Shown here: positions 40,548 through 52,836 of the stretch, one piece after another
How the letters are laid out: the number at the start of each line of letters is the position of its first letter
Numbering within the stretch: the stretch's first letter is position 1
Source of the DNA: Eledone cirrhosa
Taxonomy: Eukaryota
NCBI GenBank assembly: GCA_964016885.1
Contig: OZ024743.1
Span: forward strand, 161,634,001 to 161,698,000
DNA length: 64,000 bases
Direction: 5' to 3'
Notes under the pieces: model-generated
What the model saw: the letters and a program-made list of their open reading frames with translations, nothing else
Databases searched by the model: none
Told to the model about the DNA's origin: nothing
Position numbers and translations under genes: made by a program

Positions 40548-41106
40548 TATTTATCAGTGGTTATGTTGTTTATTACATAACTATATATATATGTTGTTTA
40601 TTACATAACTATATATATATGTTGTTTATTACATAACTATATATATATAAATACAAAATACATACTATAAAATAAAAATGTGAGTTATAATTTTACAAGG
40701 ATTATAATTTTAAAAGGAATTACAATTTTTACAATTTTTAAAAAGGAATTACAATTTTAAACAAATATAATTATATAATTTTAAAAGGAATTATATTTTT
40801 AAGCAATATAATTCTAAAAATATGTAGCTTTTAAAAAAATATATAAGAATGCATAGAAAAAACACAGTATAAAATATGAATTATAACTTTTTATAAACTT
40901 TCAGTATGTTTGGGTTTGCTCTTTCTTTCTCCTTTTCTTTTTTCTCTATTCCAACGGCTTAATTTAAATGTATGGGTTTTAAACTTCTCCGACAATAATA
41001 GACCAATAATAAAATTAGTAACCCCACTATCCGAGAGCTTCCAACAGACATGGTCACATCCTTTTAAGGGTATGTCAATATTTGTTTATAAAACTGATCT
41101 ATATTA

Positions 41107-41170
41107 TATTTTATCTGATGAAAGCGCACCATAATTTGCTTGGTGTCCTTGAAATATGTATAATGAAATA
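41107..41170 (+). ncRNA. Hammerhead ribozyme (copy 3)
   Basis: Same fold as 36937-37001; lies in the ~300-bp arm 40909-41212, which is inverted relative to 39089-39393. Confidence 0.75.
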
Positions 41171-41314
41171 AATATGGTTTTATAAATATAGTTTCCATTT
41201 ATTAATATATTGTCTTATATATATATATATATATATATAGATATATGTGTATGCATATATACACACATACATACATATATATATGCATATATACACACAT
41301 ACATACATATATAC

Positions 41315-41925
41315 ATGGTGGCTGCCAACTCGTTTTCGAGTCCGGCCACTACTTTATATCCATGTAGGAGAACCCCTACCGATGTGCTAAACGAGTGTGA
41401 CTTTTTAGTCCAGCCAGCGACTTGAAAACTCTGGTACAAACACTACACCTGTGACAATTATTGACACATAGTGCTGGGCCCATGGTACCATGTGATGACA
41501 AGTGCAGAGAGATCTCCAGATATAAAGCAATGCCTGTGCCGTGAAGCTTTTATAGTGAGCAAAGGGACTGCACAAAGCCAGTCCCACTCTCTTAACCAAG
41601 ATGATATTTACCAAAAAGAAGAACAAGTCAACATCATTGGATACCATCAGGGTTGCAGGTGTTATATCAGAGTTTTCCTTCTCCTAGAATTCTGCCTTGA
41701 CAAAGGCTAAGGGATCATCTCTCCCGGTGATTTTGGATGGCCATTGACTCTTAAGAGCTCCTTTGCTCTTTGACAGGTTTTGTTTTTAGTCCTGCAGGAT
41801 GTCCAAAGTCACCCTCCTCACCAAGAAACCTTGGAGGGGTTGCCAGTTTAGTCACCAACGACCCGACCATGAGACAGGTTGTACTGGGATACATGTTACC
41901 AGTAGCACCAACTGGTGACCTGACA
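41315..41925 (-). mobile_element. Probable LINE 5' region with C2H2-like zinc-finger remnant
   Basis: GC-richer segment between microsatellites. Minus strand reads HRCSVCTRVFKSLAGLKSH; 5' end has a gtcacca/tggtgac stem. Family assignment is inferred. Confidence 0.45.
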
Positions 41926-41961
41926 TATATATATATATATGCATATATAGTCACATACATA

Positions 41962-42418
41962 CAACATCCCTTCAAGAGAGTGTGGAAAAGATCGGCCTGA
42001 GAATCAACACCAAAAAGACCAAGGTCATGAGAATGGCCACCAACACAGATCCAGTGACCAGAGTCAACCAACAGGACCTCGAGGAAGTCGATCACTTCAC
42101 TTATCTGGGCAGCATCCTGACAAGCAGCGGCGACGCGGAGCTCGACATCAACTGTCGGATTAGAAAAGAGCCGCAGTTTTCCAGCGGCTGAGCCCAGTCT
42201 GGTCGTCTTCATGCATTACCACCAACCCCAAGCTCCGCCTGTACAAGAGCATCGTGCTGCCGACAGTGCTTTATGCGAGCGAGACCTGGAAGAGTACAGT
42301 AAAAAATAGAGAGACGGCTGAACGCTTTCTACCAACGGTGGCTGCGAAACATCCTTCGTGTGTCCTGGCGCGACCGAGGGCGAAACGAGGAGATCCTGCG
42401 GAGAGTCGAGTCGTGGAT
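41962..42418 (+). mobile_element. Continuation of the 33091 RTE LINE (first ~198 bp duplicate 35534-35731)
   Basis: [12 protein letters not shown]...FTYLGS, then KLRLYKSIVLPTVLYASETW. Confidence 0.88.
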
Positions 42419-42419
42419 G

Positions 42420-45128
42420 TTACTTGTCACAGTCCTTCGTCATCTCCACCGTGAGCTTCAGCAATCTGAGGTCTGTTCTCACCACCTCCGCCCATGTTTT
42501 TCGTGGTCTACCTCTACCACGTCTTCCTTCAACTGGCAATTCCTGGCACTTCTTCACCCATCGGTCATCCTCCATGCGCATCACATGTCCATACAACCTC
42601 AGTCTCCTCTCTCACACACTACATTCTATCCCTCTCTGACACAGTTTCTCTCTCAACACATTTATGCTGGGTCATTCACGCACATTTACACTCCACATCC
42701 AACGGAGCATGCTTGCCTCATTTCTATCCAGCCGTCGCATATCCTCTGCAGTTGCTGCCCATGTCTCACTACCATGCAGCATCGCGCTCCTCACACAGGC
42801 ATCATACAAACGGCCTTTAGTACGCAGGGAGAAACCCTTCTTCGTCAACAGAGGAAGCAGCTCCCTAAACTTCTTCCAACCCGTCCTTATTCTAGATACT
42901 ATGGCCTCGCAACACCCTCCTCCCATGCTAATCTGATCTCCTAGGTACCGGAAGCTATCCACCACTTCTATAGCGCCCTCTTGCATTTGAAAAATGTGTC
43001 TATCAGTGCGACTTCTACTGTCTAATTTCCCTGTACATCTACTGCATACATATTTCTCCCTACCTGTTAGTTTGCCTGCTATCCCGCTACATCTCTTGTG
43101 TACCCATGATCTGCATTGTGTGGATTTTATAGAATTTATGCCAGTTCCTTTTCTGCATATCGAACATGGCCATTTTCCTGACGGAATCAGGGTTTTGTCC
43201 TCTTTTCTACTCATCAACACTTTTGTCTTAGCTAGGTTCACTCTCAGTCCTCTTGCTTCCAACTGCTGTTTCCATAGCCAGAATTTATTCTCTAGCTCCT
43301 CTACTGATTCTGCTATAAGAACCAGATCGTCAGTATAGAGAAGTTCCCATGGACAGCCAGTCTTAAACTCCTCTGTTATGGCTTGGAGGACTATAATGAA
43401 CAAGAGCGGGCTGAGGACCGAACCTTGATGTACTCCTACTTGTATCTGGAATTCCTCACTAAACTCCATTCCTACCCTGACTTTACTGACAGTACCTCTG
43501 TACAAAGTTTGCACTGTCCTCATAAGCCATTCCTCAATACCTAGTTTCCTTAGGGACCACCAGATGACAGATTGGGGTACCCTATCAAAGGCCTTCTCTA
43601 AGTCAACAAAGGCTAAATATAGTGGTTTATTTTTCTCTAAGAACTTCTCTTGTAATCGTCTCACCAAGAAGAGGGCATCAGTTGTACTCTTCCCAGGCAC
43701 AAAACCAAACTGCATCTCATCTAGTTTGACCCTTTCTCTAATTAGTTGTGCTAATATCCTTTCTGCCACTTTCATAACCTGATCCATCAGTTTTACACCC
43801 CTATAATTGCTCCTCTTCAGAGCATCCCCTTTACCTTTGTAACAATTTATGAGAATACTGCTGCACCAGTCTTTGGGTATGACACCACCCTATATAGCCT
43901 GATTGATGATGCGTGCAACCAGTTTAGTGCCTACGTCCCCTGATGCCTTCAGCATCTCAGCAACTATCCCCGATGGTCCAGCAGCCTTACCATTTTTTAT
44001 TGCCTTAATCGTCTCTTGGACCCTATATTCGTCAATCTCAATAGCTGGTCCCTCTGTCGGATCTACTGAGGGTAATTTCTCTCTCTCCCATTCGTTCTCC
44101 ACATTCATCAGTCTCTCATAATGACATTTCCAGGCCTCCTTTTTCTGATCATTCGTGACACTAAGTACACCGGCATCGTTCCGGACACATTTATCTCCAA
44201 CAACATCCTGATTTGCATTGACACACTGCCTTGCAATGTGGAACACCGCACGCCTCTGATCTTCCCGTCACAGAACATTGGCAAACCTCCCACCCTCAGC
44301 CTCCCTGCGTGCTAAGTACACCTAACGTCTAGCTTCTCTCTTAGCGGCTGTATATTCTTCCCTACTCCCACCCTTTTTCCAAGCCTTCCATGCTAGTCTT
44401 TTGTTTCTAATGGCCTTATCTACTGTGCTGTTCCACCATGACCAGGTCACTCTCTGTCTGGTTGGAGCTCTGCTCAGTAGCCTGCAGTAAGTTGTCACGT
44501 AAGAAATTCCAGTGATTATCTATGTCATACGTCTCTAAATAGTCTTCTTTTTTATCATACACATCTTGAAGGGCTTTCCTAAATTTGTATTTTAGTGAAA
44601 GGTCTTTTAGCTTCCAGACCTTTCTTCTCCACACCTTCCTGTATGTCTCATTCCATCTCTTGCTTACTGAGATATCACTAACGACTAACCTATACTGTGG
44701 GGTACATTCTTGTATGCCTTGGTATTAGACACTATCTGCCTGTCCCACTGCCTATCTAGTAAGAAGTCAATCTGGCTTATGTGCTCGCCAGATTTGTAGG
44801 TTATTAGGTGGTTGGCAGGTTTCTGGAAGTTAGTGTTGCAAATAATCAGTGTACTTGCATCACAAAATTCAAGAAGTCTCACTCCTTCTTCATTTCTTGA
44901 GTCATAACCGTACCCCAGTGTAACCATCCTGGAGCTGTCCAACATGACCATTGAAGTCCCCTGCTAGCATAACGATGTCTCCGTCCTCTGTCATTGCGGT
45001 TGTTTGTAAAAGTTGCTCGTAAAAGCAGTCTTTCTCTTCTTTGCCTAGGCCTGCTTGGGGAGCATAGGCAGAGATGATTTTCAGTAGTTTCCTGCCTACA
45101 ACTAATCTAAGCTTAATTATTCGATACA
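42420..45128 (-). mobile_element. RTE LINE (EN + RT) with Cys/His-rich insert
   Basis: IISAYAPQ, GDFNGHVG, QFGFVPGKSTTDA, FVDLEKAFDRV, GVHQGSVLSPLLF, LLYTDDL and FRYLGD motifs; 371-aa open RT stretch at 42672-43787. Confidence 0.93.
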
Positions 45129-45200
45129 TATATATATGCCTTCTGAGATTGCTTTATTTGAAAACAGTCCCACTCACCAGCACTGACTTTAAGAGAACGA

Positions 45201-45276
45201 AATAATTGTTTCTACTTTTTGGCAAAAGGCCAGCAATTACCCAGTGCATTACTGGTACTTTATTCTATCGACCCCG
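45201..45276 (-). mobile_element. SINE family A, 5'-truncated
   Basis: 3' half only; flanked by gaacgaaataat / gaacgaataat. Confidence 0.75.
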
Positions 45277-45627
45277 GAACGAATAATGATTAACAGTAAT
45301 CTGTCCTTTTTTTTCCTGCACTTTCCTTGCCACTTTCAGAAGTTCTATGTTTTAGCCACTGCCTTTCCTAATTTTTCTAAGTTGTCTCCCTTGACACTCT
45401 AATGAGTGCTCTCTTTCTCTCCCTTTCCTTCTTCCTCTTTCATTCTCTCTCATGCAATCAAATACATGTATAGATTCACCCATCCACCCATATCCGCACT
45501 CACACGTTAGTCTGGGATTATTTCAAGCAGAAGCTAATGTCAGCGAATAAAGAGCCTTGGTCAGAAAATTAAAACCTATCTTGATCCTATGATACCATCC
45601 TCCTAAAGAGTTGACAAAATAAATAAT

Positions 45628-45768
45628 TGTTTCTACTTTTGGCACAAGGCCAGCAATTATCCCTGTGCATTACTGGTACTTTATTTTATCGACTCCGTAA
45701 GGATGAAAGGCAAAGTTAATTTTGGCGCGATTTGAACTCAGATCGTAAAGGGACGTAACTCTATGCGT
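45628..45768 (-). mobile_element. SINE family A, 5'-truncated, 13-bp TSD
   Basis: TSD caaaataaataat at 45615-45627 and 45769-45781. Confidence 0.85.
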
Positions 45769-47372
45769 CAAAATAAATAATAATATGTTTGGGCCAAAAA
45801 TAAGATTTAATACTAGCAAATTGACGATTTTAGCTAAGAGTAAACGACTCTACTTAGGATCCATGCACTCAAAGCACAAGTAAAATAAAATGTTTCCAAT
45901 GCTTGAAATGGGAGGGAGTGCTTCTTAAAGCATAGTAGCTAGAATAGGAAAAGAATGGAATAAATTCTGACTATAAAGGGCTTATTTTCCCAAATGAATG
46001 TTAAATTATATGATGCTTGTTTGGGTAATTGTGTAACATTAGTATAGATGAAAAACAAGGAACAAATTGGGTATAAGAGCAATTTGATGTTGTATACAAG
46101 GTAGATTTGTGCTGGTATAGAAATGTGTGTATGGATGAGGGAAGAATTACCAAAAGAGTCAAGTGGAAGGAAACTGCAGAAGAAAACTAAAGAAGACATT
46201 GAGAAAAGTGGTAAAAACTAATGTCTGGATGCTGAACTTCACAAAGCAAATAACAAAAGAATGCAATAAGAGGCAAAAAATGCTGTGTTGGAGGGAGGGG
46301 GGTCATCCCAGGCAAACATATAGAAATGGATGTAAAAATAATGATGATGAAATGTTTTAATGTTACATGATTCTTAAGCTAAAGCCTGACTGGATTTATG
46401 ACTCAAAAAGGTGTCTAATGAACTAATCAATGGCTTACTGCATTGTCAAAAGCAATAATGACAAAAAGGCAAATTTGAATTTTGAAAGCTTACATTCCAT
46501 CTATTAAAAGGTTCTGGATGTTTGCTTCATATTTTTTTAACTGTTGTCAAAGAGGGAAGGGCAGTGCCCATAATCCTTTTCAGATCCTCCAAGACGGGAA
46601 CAAGGGAAGGAAGAAGATATCCCCACACCAGAAACTTAGCCTAAACATTTGCAACATACTAGACCTTGCTAAGAGCACCCAAAGACCATGTGGTGGTGTT
46701 AAACTGAGTGACAAATTAAGTCGACCATCTAAAATATCTAAATTAAGAAGCTGATTGGTAGTAGCACTAACATAGCATGATTCATAATAGAGGTGACATG
46801 ATCTCAACTTTAAACCCTTATAGTGAGACTTATGCATGATTATTAAATATGAACATATCATATATGTCATCATATACACCTCTAGCAGAAAGTTCCTATC
46901 CAGTGAGGCGATCTCAGCATCAAGAGACCATGCACAGGTGTGAAAGCACTTTTTTACATACAACTCATAGTACGTGGCTTATCCACCATCAGATGGACAT
47001 ATTCCCTGGTCACAAAGCCAACAAAGTAATCTCTATACAGTCACTCAACCTGCAAGAAATATCAACCAAATTGCTCTCAAATCATACACCATTGTCTGAG
47101 AAAAGAAAACATTAAATCAAATTTGGCCTTATCGAATGCTTTTGATCATAACTCTGCTCAGTCAGAATTAGTCTGTGACCAAACATCTATGTCAACATAC
47201 ATATAGCATATTAAATATGGTGAAAGTAGCATATATATATGTATAAATTCTAGGTGAGATCATTAATATAAAGTCAAACATTACTAACCTCTCATTGATA
47301 TCAGTAAAAAAAAACACCTTAGCTTGATTAATATCATTTAGATACAAAAGTTTGTTACAATTAAAACATTAC

Positions 47373-47430
47373 CTTCATGTTTCCAAGTCGTCTTGTTCTG
47401 TCTTGAACTAGGAGCTTTTTTATTAGATCT
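47373..47430 (-). CDS. PRKX: PRKX-like exon (58 bp)
   Basis: ctttacag / gtaatg boundaries. Encodes DLIKKLLVQDRTRRLGNMK. Confidence 0.93.
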
Positions 47431-47649
47431 CTGTAAAGAAAACCTTTTCAATCAGTTTATTGATAAATGAGGTAAAGCAAACATTTGTTTCATTGAAAGA
47501 ATTGAGTGGTTGAAAGTACTTCAGTAAAGTGAGAGTAGATACAATGAGGACTTAAAGATAAGAAAAAATACATGTATTATCATATTTTTTATTTTTCTTT
47601 CATTTAATAAGAGAAGGTATTCACCTAATATACAGTATTTGGAGAATAC

Positions 47650-48245
47650 CTTCTCAAATTGATAGCTTTGATGTCAAGTGCTGTATGGCTGGAATGAAAA
47701 TCAATGCTGCAAAAACTGAGACACGTCTTCTCTCAAGAAAGCCAGTGCAGTGCACTCTACATGTGAATGGAACTCCACAGAAGCAGGTGGAGAAGTTCAA
47801 CTATCTCGGGGCTGTGTTCATGAGTGATGGAAGGTAGGAGGCTGAATTAAGTGCAAGAATTGTAATGACTGAAAGAATATGATCACAAATACAGGCAGCT
47901 GAAATGAGGTTCCTCCGAAGGGTCTTTGGAGTAATATTACTCGACAGAGTGTAGAGATCAGAGAGTCACACCAGTAAGAGCTGCTACTTAACCAAATTCA
48001 GAAATCACAGCTTCAATACTATGGGTTAGAATGTCTCGCTGGACAGATTTTACAGACAAAACCAGCCAGCAGGAGACCCAGTGGTAGATCCTGAGCAAGA
48101 AGGTTGGATAACATCCGTGAGCTCGGCTGGTCTCACTTGGGGATCCAACCAGACCAGTTGGAAACTGTTGCTTCTGACAGGATACACTGGAAGGAGTGTT
48201 TAAGGACTCTGCCACCATGACCATCTTAGGAATAGGTAAGTGAAA
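47650..48245 (+). mobile_element. RTE (Rex3-like) 3' fragment, same family as 15865-18120
   Basis: AGMKINAAKTET..LSRKPVQC..QVEKFNYLG..IQAAEMRFLRR. Confidence 0.8.
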
Positions 48246-49049
48246 AAGAAGAAGGTATTCCTCATGACATTCTCAGGCCCTTCCACACTGGTACTTAGAA
48301 TCCTGCTGGTTGATATATGTAGGGAAAATGTGGTAAAAAGGAGGTTATCCATTCTTGTCATCTATCTCTATTATGTCTCACTCACTAAACTTAGTATGTA
48401 ACAATTCAGCCAAGTCTCTATCATCCACCTATCCCACAACTGCAGACCTCTGGGACTTATATTTTACTCATGCTCATTCCTTCAAACATTGATTTTCAGA
48501 TATCCAAGCCCCACAAAAAACCACATCAAAAGTTTGCTTTACGACTATGTGGTTTCATATTCAATCTAACAGAAATAGTCTCGAATCAGCCAAAGTCTTG
48601 TGGGTGAAATTTTTTAGATAGGAAATAAGTGGAAGCCCATTAGAAAGAATGTTTTTCTTCTTGTTTTGTAGACTTAATCTGTTATTAGGTTTAACACTGA
48701 CACCAGGTCATAGGGTACCTTGAACTGAGTCCACTCTATTATAAGCATTTAGGTCATGTCTACAGTCTGAGGATAACTGCTTCCCTTTCTACCACCAGTC
48801 TTGGAAGTCCTGAAAATGGTTGTGGATACTGCCTGTCATTTTCTAACTAATCTATTTTTTTTAAAATCAACCCTACTTGACCCAAAGATAACATGGGCAC
48901 GGCTCCTCTTCAACTGACTAAATAATAATGTTTTTAAATGTCAGACATCCAAGAGATATTTGTGTGTGGAGCTATGGGCTAATTGCTCTTCTTGGAAACT
49001 ACTAGATAGTTGTCATAATTGCTCATGTGGAAGAATGTAGTACTTGAGA

Positions 49050-49395
49050 TGGAAGAGCAGTGAGAGAATGTGGAACTAAATAGAAACAGTAGAGAGAGGG
49101 AGAAGGTGATACTGAAAGCAGGCAGTAATAGGATGATGTGATACCGAAAAGGGACAGTAATGTAGTAAGGAGATACTGAAATGGGGCAGTAGTGTGAGAA
49201 TTTGGTACAAAAATATGACAGTCACATGAGGAAAATGGAACTGAAAGGAGATAGTAATAGACAAAAATGATACTGAAAAGGGACAATTGTGGAGGAATGT
49301 AGTATTTAAAGGAAACAGTAAAGAATGTGATACTGAAAGGGAACAACACTGAGAAAACGTGGTACCAAATGGGGCAGAAATGGTGCTACATGGGG
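49050..49395. repeat. Degenerate purine-rich minisatellite
   Basis: Recurrent gatactgaaa(a/g)gg..cagta motif. Confidence 0.6.
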
Positions 49396-50242
49396 TAGTT
49401 TATGGCTTAGTCAGAGGAGGATGGACAGCACAATGTTTTTTTTGCAATGTCTCAGACTGGTGGGGGGAAAGAAAGACAGAACCACAGACAAAATCCAAAT
49501 GCTTGCAGAAGAGTAGAATTTACTAAAAGCACCCATATGGTGTTGGTAACTGGGCAATGGATTAAGTCTATCACTCAAAAGTCTACCACCCATAGTTTCT
49601 AGCTATACACTTTCACTTATAAGGCTTATATCAACCAGAGGTTAGAGTAGAAGTGACTAGCTCAAGATACCATGCAGTGGGATCAAACCCAGAAACATAT
49701 AATTGGGAAGGAAACTTCTTAATTACATGGCCATACTTCCAGCAGGAGACAGGCATGAAACAATGAAGAAATATTGCTCTATAAAATTAGGAAACAGAAT
49801 CGGAGAATATAAAACAGAGCAGAGAAATAAGGTAACACGTGTATAAGACTACGAGACAGGATATAAGAAAAAGCACATCAGAGTCCTTAAAAATAATTCA
49901 ATGTAATCAGGGTAGAATTTATTAGAAATGACAAAGAAAGCTATGTATAAAATTAGAATAGTTAATAGATAAAAAAAGAGGTAGCTCGAATCCATCAACT
50001 TGCAAAAAAACAAACACATAAAACATAACCTTGATACAAATGTGGTACATACAGTGATAGAGTTGGGAAAATGAATAAGTAGGATTAGGTACCTACTGAG
50101 AGCAATATAGCACCCAGATTAACAAGAGGATATATGCCTTGTGATTGAGGCAAAAATAAACATAAAAATAATTTTTTTTTTAAATTTTATTGTGATAGCC
50201 TTTCATTTATTTACAAAATCTATTGGAAATATTAATACTTAC

Positions 50243-50338
50243 TTTGCAACCGGGTCCATACTTTTAGGCCATGTTATTTTCCCAATAAGAATTTTTTCAT
50301 AAATATCAAATGGGTTGTCATCAAAAAATGGAGGACAT
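50243..50338 (-). CDS. PRKX: PRKX-like exon (96 bp)
   Basis: ttacag / gtaagt boundaries. Encodes CPPFFDDNPFDIYEKILIGKITWPKSMDPVAK in frame with its neighbours; found by manual translation. Confidence 0.93.
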
Positions 50339-50809
50339 CTGTAAGAAGTAAAATATCACTAAATAACAGAACATGTATTTTATATACACGTTTAAAACTG
50401 TTTTACATTAATTTTATCCATGGTTAAAATGTTTTGTCTTTTAATTTTATTTTGGAGATGGTTTTTTTTTTTTACATTTGGTTGGTGCATCATTAATCAG
50501 TGAGGCAAACTGGAGTATACAGTGTTTATGTGTTTTGTTTAAGAGCATCATACAATGATTGCAGTAAGATCTACACTTATGACTAATTGACCAGTAGTCC
50601 AGTGTTAATCTCACAGCCATTGGTACCTCATACATAAGCTTAGAAAATTAAGTTTTCTTCAATATTTTAAAGCAACAATAAGGCACCCTTAAGTGTTCTT
50701 CCCAAGGCAAATAATTTTCATTACCTCTTTCTTTTTTTGTCATGTTTAGTTTTAAATTTATCTTATGTCAATTAATAAACTACCATGACACATTATTTCA
50801 AAATTTCAA

Positions 50810-51003
50810 GGCCGGTGGATTGGCAGTATCGGTAGAGGGTCAGATGCCATGCTTTGCAAGCAAGGAATTACGGCCCTTTATGATCTAATTTCAAATCCCG
50901 CCGAGGTTAACTTTGCCTTTCATCCTTACGAGGTCGATAAAATAAAGTACCAGTAATACACTGGGATAATTGCTGGCCTTGTGCCAAAAGTAGAAACAAT
51001 TAT
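50810..51003 (+). mobile_element. SINE family A
   Basis: ggccggtggattggcagtatcggtagagg...aaacaattatt; attatttcaaaat on both sides. Confidence 0.88.
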
Positions 51004-51171
51004 TTCAAAATGGGTGGGTGTGTATATATATATATGTGTGTGTGTGTGTGGATGTGTGTGTGTGCGCGCGTGCGTGCGTGCGTGCGTGTGTGTGCATATA
51101 TATATATATACAGACTTTTGTGAAGGAGAATCAAAATACACTTAACATTGTTTATTCTTTATAAAATGTTT

Positions 51172-51900
51172 CATCATCGTTTAATGTCTATCTTCCACGC
51201 TAGCATGGGTTAGACAGGAATTGTCCCACTTGGGGAAAGATTGGTCGGGTGACCGTGTCTCGCTCGTATAGGATTGTCTGGCAGGTTTTCTACGGCTGGA
51301 TGCTCTTCCTAACACCAACCACATTTACAGTGTGGACTGGGAGCTTTTCACCGTGTTACCTACATGACCACATTACAGCGTGGACTGTGTTTTTTTGTTG
51401 TGACACCTACACAATCTAATTAGTTTGGACTGGATGTTGTGGTACCAACATAACTTTATAGAGAAAGGGAGGTGTTGGTGGGAGTGGGATGATGGAGTAG
51501 GGGTAGTGAGTTGGGGTGTATATTTGGTTTGGAGGGGCCTACTGACTGTAGATTAACTTTGCATGTTGGGAAGGCGGGTCTTCTGTATTACTGCGTGGCG
51601 CCAGAGATCTCGATCCAGTGACATTGTCTTAGAGAGTTGCAAGTGTGCAAGGTCAGAATTTATCATGTCGGCCCAGGTTTTTACTGGGTCTACCTACTCC
51701 GTAACTTCCATCAATTTTGATCGCCCTGCACTTTTTTATGCAGCTGTCGTCTTTCATGCACATCACGTGACCATACCAACTTAATCTTCTCTCAAGTAAA
51801 CAGCATCTAATCCCTCTTATTCCTAATTTCTCACTTAGGTCATTTATGCTTTGCCGTTCGTGTATATTACTATTACACATCCAATGGAGCATGCAGGTTT
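51172..51900 (-). mobile_element. RTE LINE 3' end with UTR
   Basis: CMLHWMCNSNI...RLSWYGHV...GRP plus the family 3' UTR. Confidence 0.88.
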
Positions 51901-52065
51901 CATATATATATATATAAATGTACATATTGTATATTTAATAATATACTGTATGTTTATTTTAAAACATTTTGAAGGTCTTTTGGTATGAATTTACGGTAGT
52001 GACTATAGTCACATACCTAGCTTCAGCAAAAAAAAAATATATATATGTATATATATATATATATA

Positions 52066-52674
52066 TAGAATAGAATGAAACGAAATTTCATTTCTCACTC
52101 TTAGTACGGCACTTACTTAAATGTAAGTATGTATGTATACGTACATACATATATGTATACAGACGTACAGTAGCATGTATATATATACATACAGGCACAC
52201 ATATATATATGCACGTATCAGTTTACCGAACATTTATTATAATGCTCGTACTAAGAGTGAGAAATGAAATTTCGTTTCATTCTATTCCATTTATCGTTTT
52301 CGGTGCACCCGGCCGACTGAACTCACTCGATATGCAAATTAGGCTGCTCAGCCGTTAATTTTCATAAGGAAAGTATATACTTTCGGACGTTCAACCATCT
52401 GGCAGAAAGGTATACGGTGCTGACGATAGCTAATAAGCTTGAAACTAGTACATCGTTCCTGTGTCAGTGTTGAACAAAAAGGTGACGTGGTTGCCTAAAC
52501 ACTGTACGGCGTAAATCAGGCTGTTTGTTTGTTTACAAACGAACAAACCGAGCATTATAATAAATCTTCGGTAAACTGATACGTGCATATATATATGTGT
52601 GCCTGTATGTATATATATACATGCTACTGTACGTCTGTATACATATATGTATGCACGTATACATACATACTTAC

Positions 52675-52678
<4 letters not shown>
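52066..52678. mobile_element. Doubly inverted fold-back unit between (TA)n tracts containing a hammerhead
   Basis: 52068-52108 is inverted relative to 52247-52287; ~52120-52248 is inverted relative to ~52549-52677. Confidence 0.75.
52414..52456 (+). ncRNA. Canonical minimal hammerhead ribozyme
   Basis: acggtg CTGACGA t-agct-aata-agct-t GAAAC ta GTA catcgt; palindromic stem III ACTAGT. Confidence 0.82.
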
Positions 52679-52711
<33 letters not shown>

Positions 52712-52836
52712 TATTAAGGTGCAAATTAATTGTGGTATGCCGAATGAGCATTCGATGCTCTTGGGGAGTAGAGTATCAATAGTATTAATATATAAGGGAA
52801 CAAAGAATCAGTGTTGCATCATATAGATATTTAAGT

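Noticed and set aside
46380-47130. Possible coding or transposase remnant
   Set aside because: No motif I can recognise with confidence.
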